Part shown: piece after piece, positions 36,180-48,202 of the stretch | Layout of the letters: each line of letters opens with the position of its first letter | Position numbering within the stretch: the first letter of the stretch is position 1 | NCBI RefSeq assembly: GCF_032444005.1 | Contig: NC_091285.1 | Span: 516,274,001-516,338,000 of the forward strand | Direction of reading: 5' to 3' | Length of the DNA stretch: 64,000 nucleotides | Source of the DNA: Ranitomeya imitator | Taxonomy: Eukaryota | Translations under genes and position numbers: made by a program | The notes under the pieces: generated by a model | The model's input: the letters and a program-made list of their open reading frames with translations, nothing else | What the model was told of the DNA's origin: nothing | The model's database searches: none

Positions 36180-39100
36180 CACCCAGGAGTCAAGACTGGC
36201 ACACAAGCAGAAAGGCCAATATTAATCTCCCACTGTTTTTTTGGTTGTTTTTTTTTTTTTTTTTTCAGGGAGACTTTAGAAATAAAAATAATAAAAAAAA
36301 TATGATTTTATCAGGAAGAATTTAGAAACCAAATAAAATAAAATGATTTTTTCAGGGAGAATTTAGAAAACAAATAAAACCAAAAATAGGCGTTCTATGG
36401 CCCACTGACTGAGAGAGAGAGAGAGATGGAACGCTTAGTACTGACACACAAGCCCAAAGGGCAATATTAATCTCCCTTTTTTTTTCCAGGGAGAATTTCT
36501 AAAACCCAAAAAAAAAATAAAATAGGCTTTCTATGGCCCACTATTTGTGAGAGAGATGGGACGCTCAGGACTGGCACAGATGGCACGCTCAGGACTGGCA
36601 CAGAAGCCCAGAGGCCAATATTAATCTCCCTTTTTTTCTGGGAGAATTTATAAAACCAAAAAAATATTTAAATAGGCTTTCTATGGCCCACTATTTGTGA
36701 GAGAGATGGCACGCTCAGGACTGGCACAGATGGCACGCTCACAACTGGCACACAAGCCCAGAGGCCAATATTAATCTCCCTTTTTTCAGGGAAAATTTAT
36801 AAAACAAAAAAAAAAATTAAATAGGCTTTCTATGGCCCACTATTTGTGAGAGAGATGGCACGCTCAGGGCTGGCACAGATGGCACGCTCAGGACTGGCAC
36901 ACAAGCCCAGAGGCCAATATTAATCTCCCTTTTTTTCAGGGAGAATTTATAAAACCCCCAAAAAAAATAAAATAGGCTTTCTATGGCCCACTATTTGTGA
37001 GAGAGATGGGACGCTCAGGACTGGCACAGATGGCACGCTCAGGACTGGCACAGAAGCCCAGAGGCCAATATTAATCTCCCTTTTTTTCTGGGAGAATTTA
37101 TAAAACCAAAAAAATATTTAAATAGGCTTTCTATGGCCCACTATTTGTGAGAGAGATGGCACGCTCAGGACTGGCACAGATGGCACGCTCACAACTGGCA
37201 CACAAGCCCAGAGGCCAATATTAATCTCCCTTTTTTCAGGGAGAATTTCTAAAACCCAAAAAAAAAAAAAATAGGCTTTCTATGGCCCACTATTTGTGAG
37301 AGAGATGGGACGCTCAGGACTGGCACAGATGGCACGCTCAGGACTGGCACAGAAGCCCAGAGGCCAATATTAATCTCCCTTTTTTTCTGGGAGAATTTAT
37401 AAAACCAAAAAAATATTTAAATAGGCTTTCTATGGCCCACTATTTGTGAGAGAGATGGCACGCTCAGGACTGGCACAGATGGCACGCTCACAACTGGCAC
37501 ACAAGCCCAGAGGCCAATATTAATCTCCCTTTTTTCAGGGAAAATTTATAAAACAAAAAAAAAAATTAAATAGGCTTTCTATGGCCCACTATTTGTGAGA
37601 GAGATGGCACGCTCAGGGCTGGCACAGATGGCACGCTCAGGACTGGCACACAAGCCCAGAGGCCAATATTAATCTCCCTTTTTTTCAGGGAGAATTTATA
37701 AAACCCCCCAAAAAAATAAAATAGGCTTTCTATGGCCCACTATTTGTGAGAGAGATGGGACGCTCAGGACTGGCACAGATGGCACGCTCAGGACTGGCAC
37801 AGAAGCCCAGAGGCCAATATTAATCTCCCTTTTTTTCTGGGAGAATTTATAAAACCAAAAAAATATTTAAATAGGCTTTCTATGGCCCACTATTTGTGAG
37901 AGAGATGGCACGCTCAGGACTGGCACAGATGGCACGCTCACAACTGGCACACAAGCCCAGAGGCCAATATTAATCTCCCTTTTTTCAGGGAGAATTTCTA
38001 AAACCCAAAAAAAAAATAAAATAGGCTTTCTATGGCCCACTATTTGTGAGAGAGATGGGACGCTCAGGACTGGCACAGATGGCACGCTCAGGACTGGCAC
38101 AGAAGCCCAGAGGCCAATATTAATCTCCCTTTTTTTCTGGGAGAATTTATAAAACCAAAAAAATATTTAAATAGGCTTTCTATGGCCCACTATTTGTGAG
38201 AGAGATGGCACGCTCAGGACTGGCACAGATGGCACGCTCACAACTGGCACACAAGCCCAGAGGCCAATATTAATCTCCCTTTTTTCAGGGAGAATTTCTA
38301 AAACCCCAAAAAAAAATAAAATAGGCTTTCTATGGCCCACTATTTGTGAGAGAGATGGGACGCTCAGGACTGGCACAGATGGCACGCTCAGGACTGGCAC
38401 AGAAGCCCAGAGGCCAATATTAATCTCCCTTTTTTTCTGGGAGAATTTATAAAACCAAAAAAATATTTAAATAGGCTTTCTATGGCCCACTATTTGTGAG
38501 AGAGATGGCACGCTCAGGACTGGCACAGATGGCACGCTCACAACTGGCACACAAGCCCAGAGGCCAATATTAATCTCCCTTTTTTCAGGGAAAATTGATA
38601 AAACAAAAAAAAAAATTAAATAGGCTTTCTATGGCCCACTATTTGTGAGAGAGATGGCACGCTCAGGGCTGGCACAGATGGCACGCTCAGGACTGGCACA
38701 CAAGCCCAGAGGCCAATATTAATCTCCCTTTTTTTCTGGGAGAATTTATAAAACCAAAAAAATATTTAAATAGGCTTTCTATGGCCCACTATTTGTGAGA
38801 GAGATGGCACGCTCAGGACTGGCACAGATGGCACGCTCACAACTGGCACACAAGCCCAGAGGCCAATATTAATCTCCCTTTTTTCAGGGAAAATTTATAA
38901 AACAAAAAAAAAAATTAAATAGGCTTTCTATGGCCCACTATTTGTGAGAGAGATGGCACGCTCAGGGCTGGCACAGATGGCACGCTCAGGACTGGCACAC
39001 AAGCCCAGAGGCCAATATTAATCTCCCTTTTTTTCAGGGAGAATTTATAAAACCAAAAAAAAAAATAAATAGGCTTTCTATGGCCCACTATTTGTGAGAG

Positions 39101-39300
39101 AGATGGCACACTCAGGACTGGCACACAAGCCCAAAGGCCAATATTAATCTCCCACTGTATTTTTATCAGGGAGAATTTATACACCCCACAAAAAAAAATA
39201 CAGAAAAATGAAAAGGCTTTCTATGGCCCACTATGTGAGAGAGATGGCACACACAGGGATGGCACTCTAGCAGAAATGCCAAATTGCCAATCTTAATCTC
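34860..39300. repeat. Composite satellite array in the hAT: longer mixed units (34860-36440), then ~19 copies of a ~150-bp unit
   Basis: ATAGGCTTTCTATGGCCCAC recurs every 149-151 bp from 36521 to ~39070; embedded (GA)n and poly-A/T tracts. Confidence 0.95.
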
Positions 39301-39799
39301 CCACCAAAAAAAAAAAAAAAAAAAAAACAGGGAATGTCCTACAATTACTATCTCCCTGCCTGCAGTAATCTCAGCCAGGTATGGCAGGCAGCTACTATCT
39401 CCCTGCCTGCAGTAATCTCAGCCAGGTATGGCAGGCAGCAATAAGGAGTGGACTGATGCACAAATGAAATAAAAAGTGTGGACAAACAAAAAAGATAGCT
39501 GTGCAGAAAGGAAGGAACAAGAGGATTTGTGCTTTGAAAAAAGCAGTTGGTTTGCACAGCGGCGTACACACAGCAATGCAGCTATCAGGGAGCCTTCTAG
39601 GGCAGCCCAATGAGCTACAGCGCTGAGGGGAAAAAAAAAAAAAAAAAAACTTCCACTGTCCCTGCACACCGAGGGTGGTGTTGGACAGTGCAAATCGCTG
39701 CAGCACAAGCGGTTTTGTGGTTAATGGACCCTGCCTAACGCTATCCCTGCTTCTGACAAAGCGGCAGCAACCTCTCCCTAAGCTCAGATCAGCAGCAGT

Positions 39800-39944
39800 A
39801 AGATGGCGGTCGGCGGGAACGCCTCTTTATAGCCCCTGTGACGTCGCAGACAGCAAGCCAATCACTGCAATGCCCTTCTCTAAGATGGTGGGGACCAGGA
39901 CCTATGTCATCACGCTGCCCACACTCTGCGTTTACCTTCATTGG
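39800..39944 (-). promoter_or_regulatory. Putative Pol II promoter of the hAT transposase
   Basis: Minus-strand order: CCAAT (39940-44), inverted CCAAT (39858-62), CRE-like CGACGTCA (39839-46), TATA CTATAAAG (39825-32), YY1-like CCGCCATCTT (39800-09) at the expected start site; motif-only evidence. Confidence 0.55.
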
Positions 39945-40107
39945 CTGAGAAATGGCGCTTTTCGCGTCATTGAAACGCGACTTTGGCGCGAAAGTCGCGT
40001 ACCGCATGGCCGACCCCGCACAGGGGTCGGATCGGGTTTCATGAAACCCCGACTTAGCCAAAAGTCGGCGACTTTTGAAAATGTTCGACCCGTTTCGCTC
40101 AACCCTA

Positions 40108-40205
40108 GTTGTGATTATGGTTAGGGTTAGTGATTAGGATTATGGATCAGGTTGGAATTAGGGTTAGGGGTGTGTTGGGGTTAGGGTTGGAGCTAGAATT
40201 GGGGG
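40108..40205 (+). repeat. Degenerate telomere-like tract, right part
   Basis: TTAGGG/TTGGGG variants continuing after the hAT TSD. Confidence 0.8.
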
Positions 40206-42700
40206 GTTTCCACTGTTTAGGTACATCAGGGGGTCTCCAAACACGATAGCCAATTTTGCGCTCAAAACATCAAATGGTGCTCCCTCCCTTCTGAGCTCTG
40301 CCGTGTGCCCAAACAGTGGGTTACCCCCACATATGGGGCATCAGCATACTCGGGATAAATTGGACAACAACTTCTGGGGTCCAATATCTCTTGTTACCCT
40401 TGTGAAAATAAAAACTTGGGGGCTACAAAATCCTTTTTGTTGAAAAATATATATATATTTTTTTATGACTCTGCATTATAAACTTCTGTGAAGCACTTGG
40501 GCATTCAAAGTTCTCACCACACATCTATATAAGTTCCTTGGGGGGTCTAGTTTCCAAAACGGGGTCACTTGTGGGGGGTTACTACTGTTTAGGTACATCA
40601 GGGGCTCTGCAAACGCAACATAACGCCCACAGACCATTCTATCTAAGTCTGCATTCCAAAACGGCGCTCCTTCCCTTCCGAGCTCTGCCGTGCGCCCAAA
40701 CAGTGGTTTACCCCCACATATGGGGCATCAGCATACTCAGGATAAATTGGACAACAACTTCAGTGGTCCAATTTATCCTGTTACCCTTGTGAAAATAAAA
40801 ACTTGGGGGCTACAATATCTTTTTTGTGAAAAAAAAAAAAATATTTTTTATTTTCACGACTCTGCATTCTAAACTTCTGTGAAGCACTTGGGCATTCAAA
40901 GTTCTCACCACACATCTAGATAAGTTCCTTGGGTGGTCTAGTTTCCAAAATGGGGTCACTTGTGGGGGTTACTACAGTTTAGGTACATCAGGGGCTCTGC
41001 AATCGCAACATAATGCCCACAGACCATTCTATCAAAGTCTGCATTCCAAAAAGGCGCTCCTTCCCTTCCGAGCTCTGCCGTGCGCCCAAACAGTGGTTTA
41101 CCCCCACATATGGTGCATCAGCATACTCGGGATAAATTGGACAACAACTATTGCAGTCCAATTTCTCCTGTTACCCTTGTGAAAATAAAAACTTGGGGGC
41201 TACAATATCTTTTTTGTGGAAAAAAAAATATTTTTTATTTTCACGACTCTGCATTCTAAACTTCTGTGAAGCACTTGGGCATTCAAAGTTCTCACCACAC
41301 ATCTAGATAAGTTCCTTGGGGGGTCTAGTTTCCAAAATGGGGTCACTTGTGGAGGGTTTCTACTGGTTAGGTACATCAGGGGCTCTGCAAACGCAACATA
41401 ATGCCCGTAGACCATTCTATCAAAGTCTGCATTCCAAAACGGCGCTCCTTCCTTCCGAGCTCTGCCGTGCGCCCAAACAGTGGTTTACCCCCACATATGG
41501 GGTACCAGCATACTCAGGACAAATTGGACAACAATAAGTTCCATGGGGGGTCTAGTTTCCAAAATGGGGTCACTTGTGGGGGATTTCTACTGTTTAGGCA
41601 CATCAGGGGCTCTCCAAACGCGACATGGCATCCGATCTCAATTCCAGCCAATTCTACATTGAAAAAGTAAAACGGCACTCTTTCTCTTCCAAGCTCTGCG
41701 GTGCGCCCAAACAGTGGTTTACCCCCACATATTGGGTATCGACGTACTCAGGAGAAATTGCACAACAACATTAGTGGTCTAATTTTTCCTGTTACCCTTG
41801 TGAAAATAAAAATTTGTGGGCAAAAAGATCATTTTTGTAGAAAAAATGCGATTTTTTTTTTCACGGCTCTACGTTATAAACTTCTGTGAAGCACATGGGG
41901 GTTTAAAGTGCTCACCACACATCTAGATAAGTTCCTTAAGGGGTCTAGTTTCCAAAATGGTGTCACTTGTGGGGGGTTTCCACTGTTAAGGCATCAGGGG
42001 CTCTCCAAACGCGACATGGTGTCCAATCTCAATTCCAGCCAATTCTACATTGAAAAAGTAAAACGGCGCTCCTTCACTTCCAAGCTCTGCCATGCGCCCA
42101 AACAGTGGTTTACCCTCACATATGGGGTATCGACGTATTCAGGAGAAATCGCACAACAACTTTTGTGGTCTAATTTCTCCTGTTACCCTTGTGAAAATAA
42201 GAATTTGTGGGCGAAAAGATCATTTTTGTGTAAACAAAAGCGATTTTTTTATTTTCACGGCTCTACGTTATAAACTTCTGTGAAGCACTTGGGGGTTCAA
42301 AGTGCTCACCACACATCTAGATAAGTTCCTTAAGGGGTCTAGTTTCCAAAATGTTGTCACTTGTGGGGAGTTTCCACTGTTTAGGCACATCAGGGGCTCT
42401 CTAAACGTAACATGGCGTCCGATCTCAATTCCAGCCAATTCTCCATTGAAAAAGTCAAACGGCGCTCCTTCACTTCTAAGTTCTGCGGTGCGCCCAAAAA
42501 GTGGTTTACCCCCACATATCGGGTATTGGCGTATTCAGGAGAAATTGCGTAACAAAATTTATGGTTACATTTCTGTTTTTACACTTGTGAAAATAAAAAA
42601 AATGGTTCTGAATTAAGATGTTTGCAAAAAAAAGTTAAATGTTCATTTTTTCCTTCCACATTGTTTCAGTTCCTGTGAAGCACATAAAGGGTTAATAAAC
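40200..42700. repeat. ~390-bp diverged tandem repeats in the piggyBac-like element
   Basis: GGGTCTAGTTTCCAAAA...GTCACTTGTGGGG near 40543, 40935, 41321, 41549, 41941, 42335 (one shortened unit). Confidence 0.85.
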
Positions 42701-43598
42701 TTCTTGAATGTGGTTTTGAGAACCTTGAGGGGTGTAGTTTTTAGAATGGTGTCACACTTCATTATTTTCTATCATATAGACCCCTCAAAATGACTTCAAA
42801 TGTGATGTGGTCTCTAAAAAAAAATGGTGTTGTAAAAATGAGAAATTGCTGGTCAACTTTTAACCCTTATAACTCCCTAACAAAAAAAAATTTTGTTTCC
42901 AAAATTGTGCTGATGTAAAGAAGATATCTGGGAAATGTTATTTATTAACTATTTTTCATGACATATCTCTCTGATTTAAGGGCATAAAAATACAAAGTTT
43001 GAAAATTGCAAAATTTTAAAAATTTTCGCCATATTTCCGTTTTTTTTCATAAATAATCGCAAGTAATATCGAAGAAATGTTACCACTAACATGAAGTAAA
43101 ATATGTCACGAAAAAACAATCTCAGAATCAGCAGGATCCGTTAAAGCGTTCCAGAGTTATAACCTCATAAAGTGACAGTGGTCAGAATTGCAAAAATTGG
43201 CTCGGTCATTAAGTACCAAATTGGCTCTGTCACTAATGGGTTAAGTGCAACACGTAACATTCCCTTTAAGAGGGAACTAAGTCTCTTTGAGGTAGTGCAG
43301 ATTCTCTCTATCTGCAAGTCCGTTAGAAAGCAAGAACTTCTGTGCTGTATTCAGAAACAGTCTCTTCGCAAAGTCTTCTTTCCTTTGTAAAACCAGTAGA
43401 GGGCACCTTTAAGAAGGTGCGAACTATTTACAACACAGTTTGTGAACCATTCACAGTCCATGATTCGGCAGTCTTTTAACAATGATGAACTTGTAGAAAA
43501 TAGGAAAAAATGTAAAACAATAGGGATCCCAGGTAAACGAAGGGATCCCTTTAAGAAAATAACCCTAGACGGGTTTAAAGCAGCAAAAGCAGGAAACA

Positions 43599-44079
43599 CG
43601 CCTCAGTAGGATGTTGCCGTTCTCCGGGCACGACTCCTGCTGGCTCTCCTTTGTGCTTGATCTCGTTTCTCACTGTCCACAATATCCTTCGCTTCGTGTC
43701 CTTTCTAAGGATACTGCCGCAAGGTAGTGCAGGCACGGTTCCGTTTCGTTCTGTTCTTGTCGCTAGGTACCTGCCAGGTTCCCACGCCTGACAGGGACCC
43801 CCCTGAATCTTCCCCCGCAACACCCCCTGCCACGGGATGTTGCCTGGACAAAATCCAGTCAGCTTCTGACTAACTTCCTATCCAACCCCTAGTTTTACCA
43901 GTGTGAGGAGTGGCCTAATAAATAAAACCTTTTGCTCCCCCTAGTGGCCGGAGTGTGAAGTGTACTGTGTGCTGGTGATACCTGGTCAGATGAACTCCTT
44001 TAGTGCAATCAGACGTACCATCACTCCCCTTAGTGGCAGAGCGATACTACTGCAATGACCAGATCTCTGTTGCGCTGCA
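43599..44079 (-). repeat. 5' LTR remnant
   Basis: 481-bp match (~97%) to 24740-25220; ends GCGCTGCA-TATG. Confidence 0.88.
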
Positions 44080-47000
44080 TATGTATACCAAATAAACCAA
44101 TCCTTGAAGTCATATTCATGATGTCACCTAACTTCAGCAAATCCCATCCTGTGTGTAATGTGGATCCATATAATTAACCTGTGAGAATGCCAGTAGTTTA
44201 TATTGTGAATGCACTCCCTTTTCTTATTACATCATCCCTCATCCTATCTTTCTGGTCCGTGGGTGCTATGAAACTGCCACCTACCAATAAATTGGCGAAT
44301 ATTACAAATTTGATGATCATAATCTGAAACGAACATTGAAATATTCGCTCATCTCTAGTGGCCAACACAAATAATAGTTTCACGTGGTTGCGCAATGGCT
44401 AGACTACCTCCAATGAATAACGGCCTGATGGACGAGGCTACACCTGTCATGTTTGGGGTCTATACAATGATAAAATCATGATCACAAATATGATGGCAAT
44501 GTCTAGCACCTGCGACCCTTGGGAGCAAAGATATTGTGAATGTAGGGAATCTCATAATTTTCTTAAACTGAAGCCATATCCCATTACTGGCCATGTTATG
44601 AGTCAACAAGGGGAGATGTGTGGGTGTAACTTTGGAGCTAATAAAAGGGAAGTGCTATTAAAGTTCCCCAGTTTTTCCCTTGTTTCCTTCCCATTTTATC
44701 CTTCCCCCCTCCTTCCTTCCTTCCCCTATCCCACCACCTTCCTTTCCCTTTATAAAATTTGAAAATTCTCTCATATTTGACACTTGTCACTTATAATGGT
44801 TCATAAAAATTATTTGAAACAGAAAAAAAAAGGGAAGTGCTAAATTTTGGACCTTGTCAGCCCCTGGAGCTGCAGCTAACTGTGGTTCTGTCCATTTCTT
44901 TCTGGAGTTCATCCCTTCATAAATCTGAAGCCCTTGCAGTGATATCAGGTTTAGTAAGTTTCTTTTGTTAATCCTTTTTATTTTTTTTTGTAATTGTATA
45001 TCCTGCATTGTTTTGTTCTTTTTGTAAAATATTTAGTTTATTTGTTGTAAACACTGCCTATATTTCTGGATTAAATATAAAATTGAATAGTTCTATTCCT
45101 TTTGTTCTGTAAATCGCACCCTGAAGCCATACAGTACCTGAATCCGGTATCCAATTTGCCTGTATAAATAATTGGTCATGACAGCTAGTAATATTTCTTG
45201 GGTTAATGTGGAGTTGGCACTGACCGTTCTGAGGTATATATATTTATTCTCCATGCACTGGAATCGGTGATATATGTACAATACGCTCACTGTGAGTTCC
45301 CCAATAACTGGCCTAGTAATGCAATTGTCCTGACGACTGGGGGCAACAGAGGGCTGATTGTGACAAAAAGGTAACAACATGACCTCCGCCGTCACCGGCT
45401 GTGATCTTTGACAAATTGGTGGCAGCGTTGGGATCTGCGTGATCTCTCTGGTGTTATCCTTGACATGATTATTCAAAGTAATTGCATGTCGTTGTGTCCA
45501 GTTTACAATCAAATGGTACAGTGTGTAGTCAGAGCACCCAGAGCATTAAGACTTAGTGGCAGGGATGACAAACTGATTTTTATTTTTTTGGATATATATA
45601 TATATATAACGAAGCCAGCTGGAATAAAATGTATCAAATTCTGAAGAGGCGCCAGAATTGCTAAACAGTTTAGACAAGTCATAAAAAGTGACACTAACTG
45701 ATTTATTCATAGTAATAATCTTATGATAAATGGATATATTGTAGACTACATTATTATTTGCAAATCTTTTGGGCAACAGGCCAATTCTATTTTTGATCAA
45801 GAGGAGACAAAGATACAGAGGGAACTATAAAATTTAGATACTCATATGCAAACGTGACATCCTTAGATCATGCAAATTCATCTCTTGAAGATGAGCAACT
45901 TTAGAAATAACTGAAATTATTTTCATAATGCCGAACAAAAACATTAATAATATTGCAAAGCCACAAGGCAGATTTTACATACATAATGAATTGTTAAGGG
46001 CCGTTGACATCTTGCCGCTTTGAGGATACATGGTTAATGGGCTGCACCACCAATGTAGACAGGTGTTTGTGATTGATTCATCTGTTAATCAAACTAACTA
46101 CCTATGTTTAAGATTCCCATTAATTCTGAAAAGAGAACTCCCAGGTAACATGACAGTTGATCAGTCCTCAGTTAATGTCTCTGAGTTTCCTGATTATTTT
46201 TGCGACTTGTATTTTGGGTAATGTTTCTCCTGCTAAAAATGGGGTATTTTTTTTTAAAGTGACACGTGGCCATAGGCATGTGGCTATATAATGTATCCAT
46301 AATAGTTCTTTAAAGTGAATCTATCAGTAGGATTTCACCCCCTAAAACTATTTATATTATTACATAGTAAAAACGATTTTCACAAACTGACAATAGAGGC
46401 CACTATAATGTTTTGTAAATAGAATGTGAATAGTTTTTTTTATTATACATTTTTTATGCTATTCTCTAGTGAAATGAGAAAACTATTCAGCTGCAGGTAA
46501 TAGGATTAGGTTTATATAGCAATTTAGGTTTAGTAGCGCCAGTGGACAAGGTATATTATTAATTTGAATTTGATGACTTTGCAGAATTTTATTCCAAAAT
46601 TTGATAAATTTGCACGAATTTAAATACTTAAAAAGTTATAAAAGATCAAAAAATTAACGGAAAGAAATGGCCATGGGTGGAGAATAGAGCTGGAGTGACA
46701 GATGCTTTAGTTTTACCATAGTTATTCAGCCTCATTTGCATATAAATTCAAACATTTCTCAGTAACAGAGGAATGGACTGACCATGTAACGGTATTGGTG
46801 GACTTGTCTTTGAAAGACAAATTGTTTGGGGTTAATATCCAGCTGATTGATTTCTTTAAGAGGGGGTCTACTGTGTAGCTACAAATGCTGCTGCACTGCT
46901 GGAGCCCAGCAGCACCGGAGGTGCTAACAAGTAATTTTTTTATATGTTTTGGGGCAGGAAGCTTTATGAAGTCTCTTTGCTACCCTATTCTCTTATTTCG

Positions 47001-47415
47001 CTTCTGTGCTAATTTCTATGGACACGACATATTGATCCTATTACTTTTCTGGACTCAACTACAGATCGTCTTTGTAGTTATAGGCAGTACAATTTTGCCT
47101 CAGGCCCCTACAGACTATTTGTTTCTCATCAGCTACTGATTCTCAGCCTTGCAAGTGCCTATTACTAACCTTTCACCTTCTTCCCAGTGGAAGGTCAGCA
47201 AGCTGAAATTGACCACCACAGGTCAGCGACTGGAAGCTATGTGCGAAGACCTTTGTCTGATTAGTATTACGTGTGGTATATTTTCCGTCAGCTATTATAA
47301 TATTCATCCAATAAATAGATGATAATGAATGGATGAATTGAGCTTACTTTTAGTTTAGGCAAGGTCATCATTATAATTATATTGATTTGAGATCTAACTG
47401 ATTACAAACCATCTA

Positions 47416-47612
47416 TAATAATAATAATAATAATTTTATTTATATAGCGCCAACATATTCCGCAGCGCTTTACAAATTATAGAGGGGACTTGTACAGACA
47501 ATAGACATTACAGCATAACAGAAATCACAGTTCAAAATAGATACCAAGAGGAATGAGGGCCCTGCTCGCAAGCTTACAAACTATGAGGAAAAGGGGAGAC
47601 ACGAGAGGTGGT
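47416..47612 (-). mobile_element. L2-like LINE 3' end
   Basis: Closely similar to 11917-12090; (TAA)n tail. Confidence 0.75.
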
Positions 47613-48202
47613 GACACCTATGATTTATAATATAATTGTTAGCATGCGAGCAACAGCCATTCATAGACAAAATAGTCAAAGGGAATCTATCAGCATTTTT
47701 GTCCCCCAAAATTACCGACATAATGAGAAGTAAACCAATTTAGACATAACTTTTTGGCTCCAGAGATGCCAAGTGGTCTGACCGCAGTCCCTAATGGTAA
47801 GAATGGCGGCCGCGACCAATCAGCGATGCGGGATTTTTGGGACAAACAGACAGACGGAAGTGACCCTTAGACAATTATATAGTAAATTCTACTGTTTACC
47901 AACATTGAATAAAGCCTACAAAGAAAAGAACACAGTACCTTTTGGCAAAATGCATGTCTCTGTGTCAGCAGTGGGGTTCTCCTGGGACTCCTGCCATAGC
48001 GCTTCATTTCATTCAAATTTTGATAGATAGTTTGTGCTGACTAGAGATGAGCAATCTTTTCAAGTTTCAGTTTGGTTCGGATTGATGAAGCAAAACTAAA
48101 TGTATAGACAACATCTTCAAGGGGGCCAAAAAGCTACCAAATCAGCTCAAATTAGGGACAGACACCAGGAAAAGTGACATCAATTGACCCAGAGTACAAA
48201 TA

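Larger units (their letters stand above)
27504..40107 (-). mobile_element. Full-length, apparently autonomous hAT transposon, 12604 bp
   Basis: TIRs TAGAGTTGAGCGA / TCGCTCAACCCTA (12/13); perfect 8-bp TSD GTTGTGAT (27496-27503 / 40108-40115); subterminal ACCCGA/TCGGGT repeats at both ends; intact transposase. Confidence 0.95.
25788..43240. mobile_element. Large non-autonomous TTAA-flanked piggyBac-like element (continuity crosses an assembly gap)
   Basis: TTAA (25784-87)-GCCCTTAGCGAC ... GTCACTAATGGG-TTAA (43241-44); both ends have an internal GGTACTTAA ~40-50 bp in; carries TTAGGG-like tract and ~390-bp repeats. Confidence 0.68.
22889..44079 (-). mobile_element. Internally deleted LTR retrotransposon (Gypsy-like), outer shell of the nested stack
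   Basis: TGGAGCGCCCC...GCGCTGCA termini; 4-bp TSD TATG (22885-22888 / 44080-44083); PPT-like GGGGGGGGAG abuts the LTR on the minus strand at 25221; no gag/pol left. Confidence 0.8.

Noticed and set aside
37867-39184. Repeated 77-89-aa minus-strand ORFs (PVLSVPS...)
   Set aside because: Satellite translations opened at non-ATG starts in the ORF track.
29228-39300. CRISPR-like repeat/spacer arrays
   Set aside because: Eukaryotic context; whole units repeat with no unique spacers; no cas genes.
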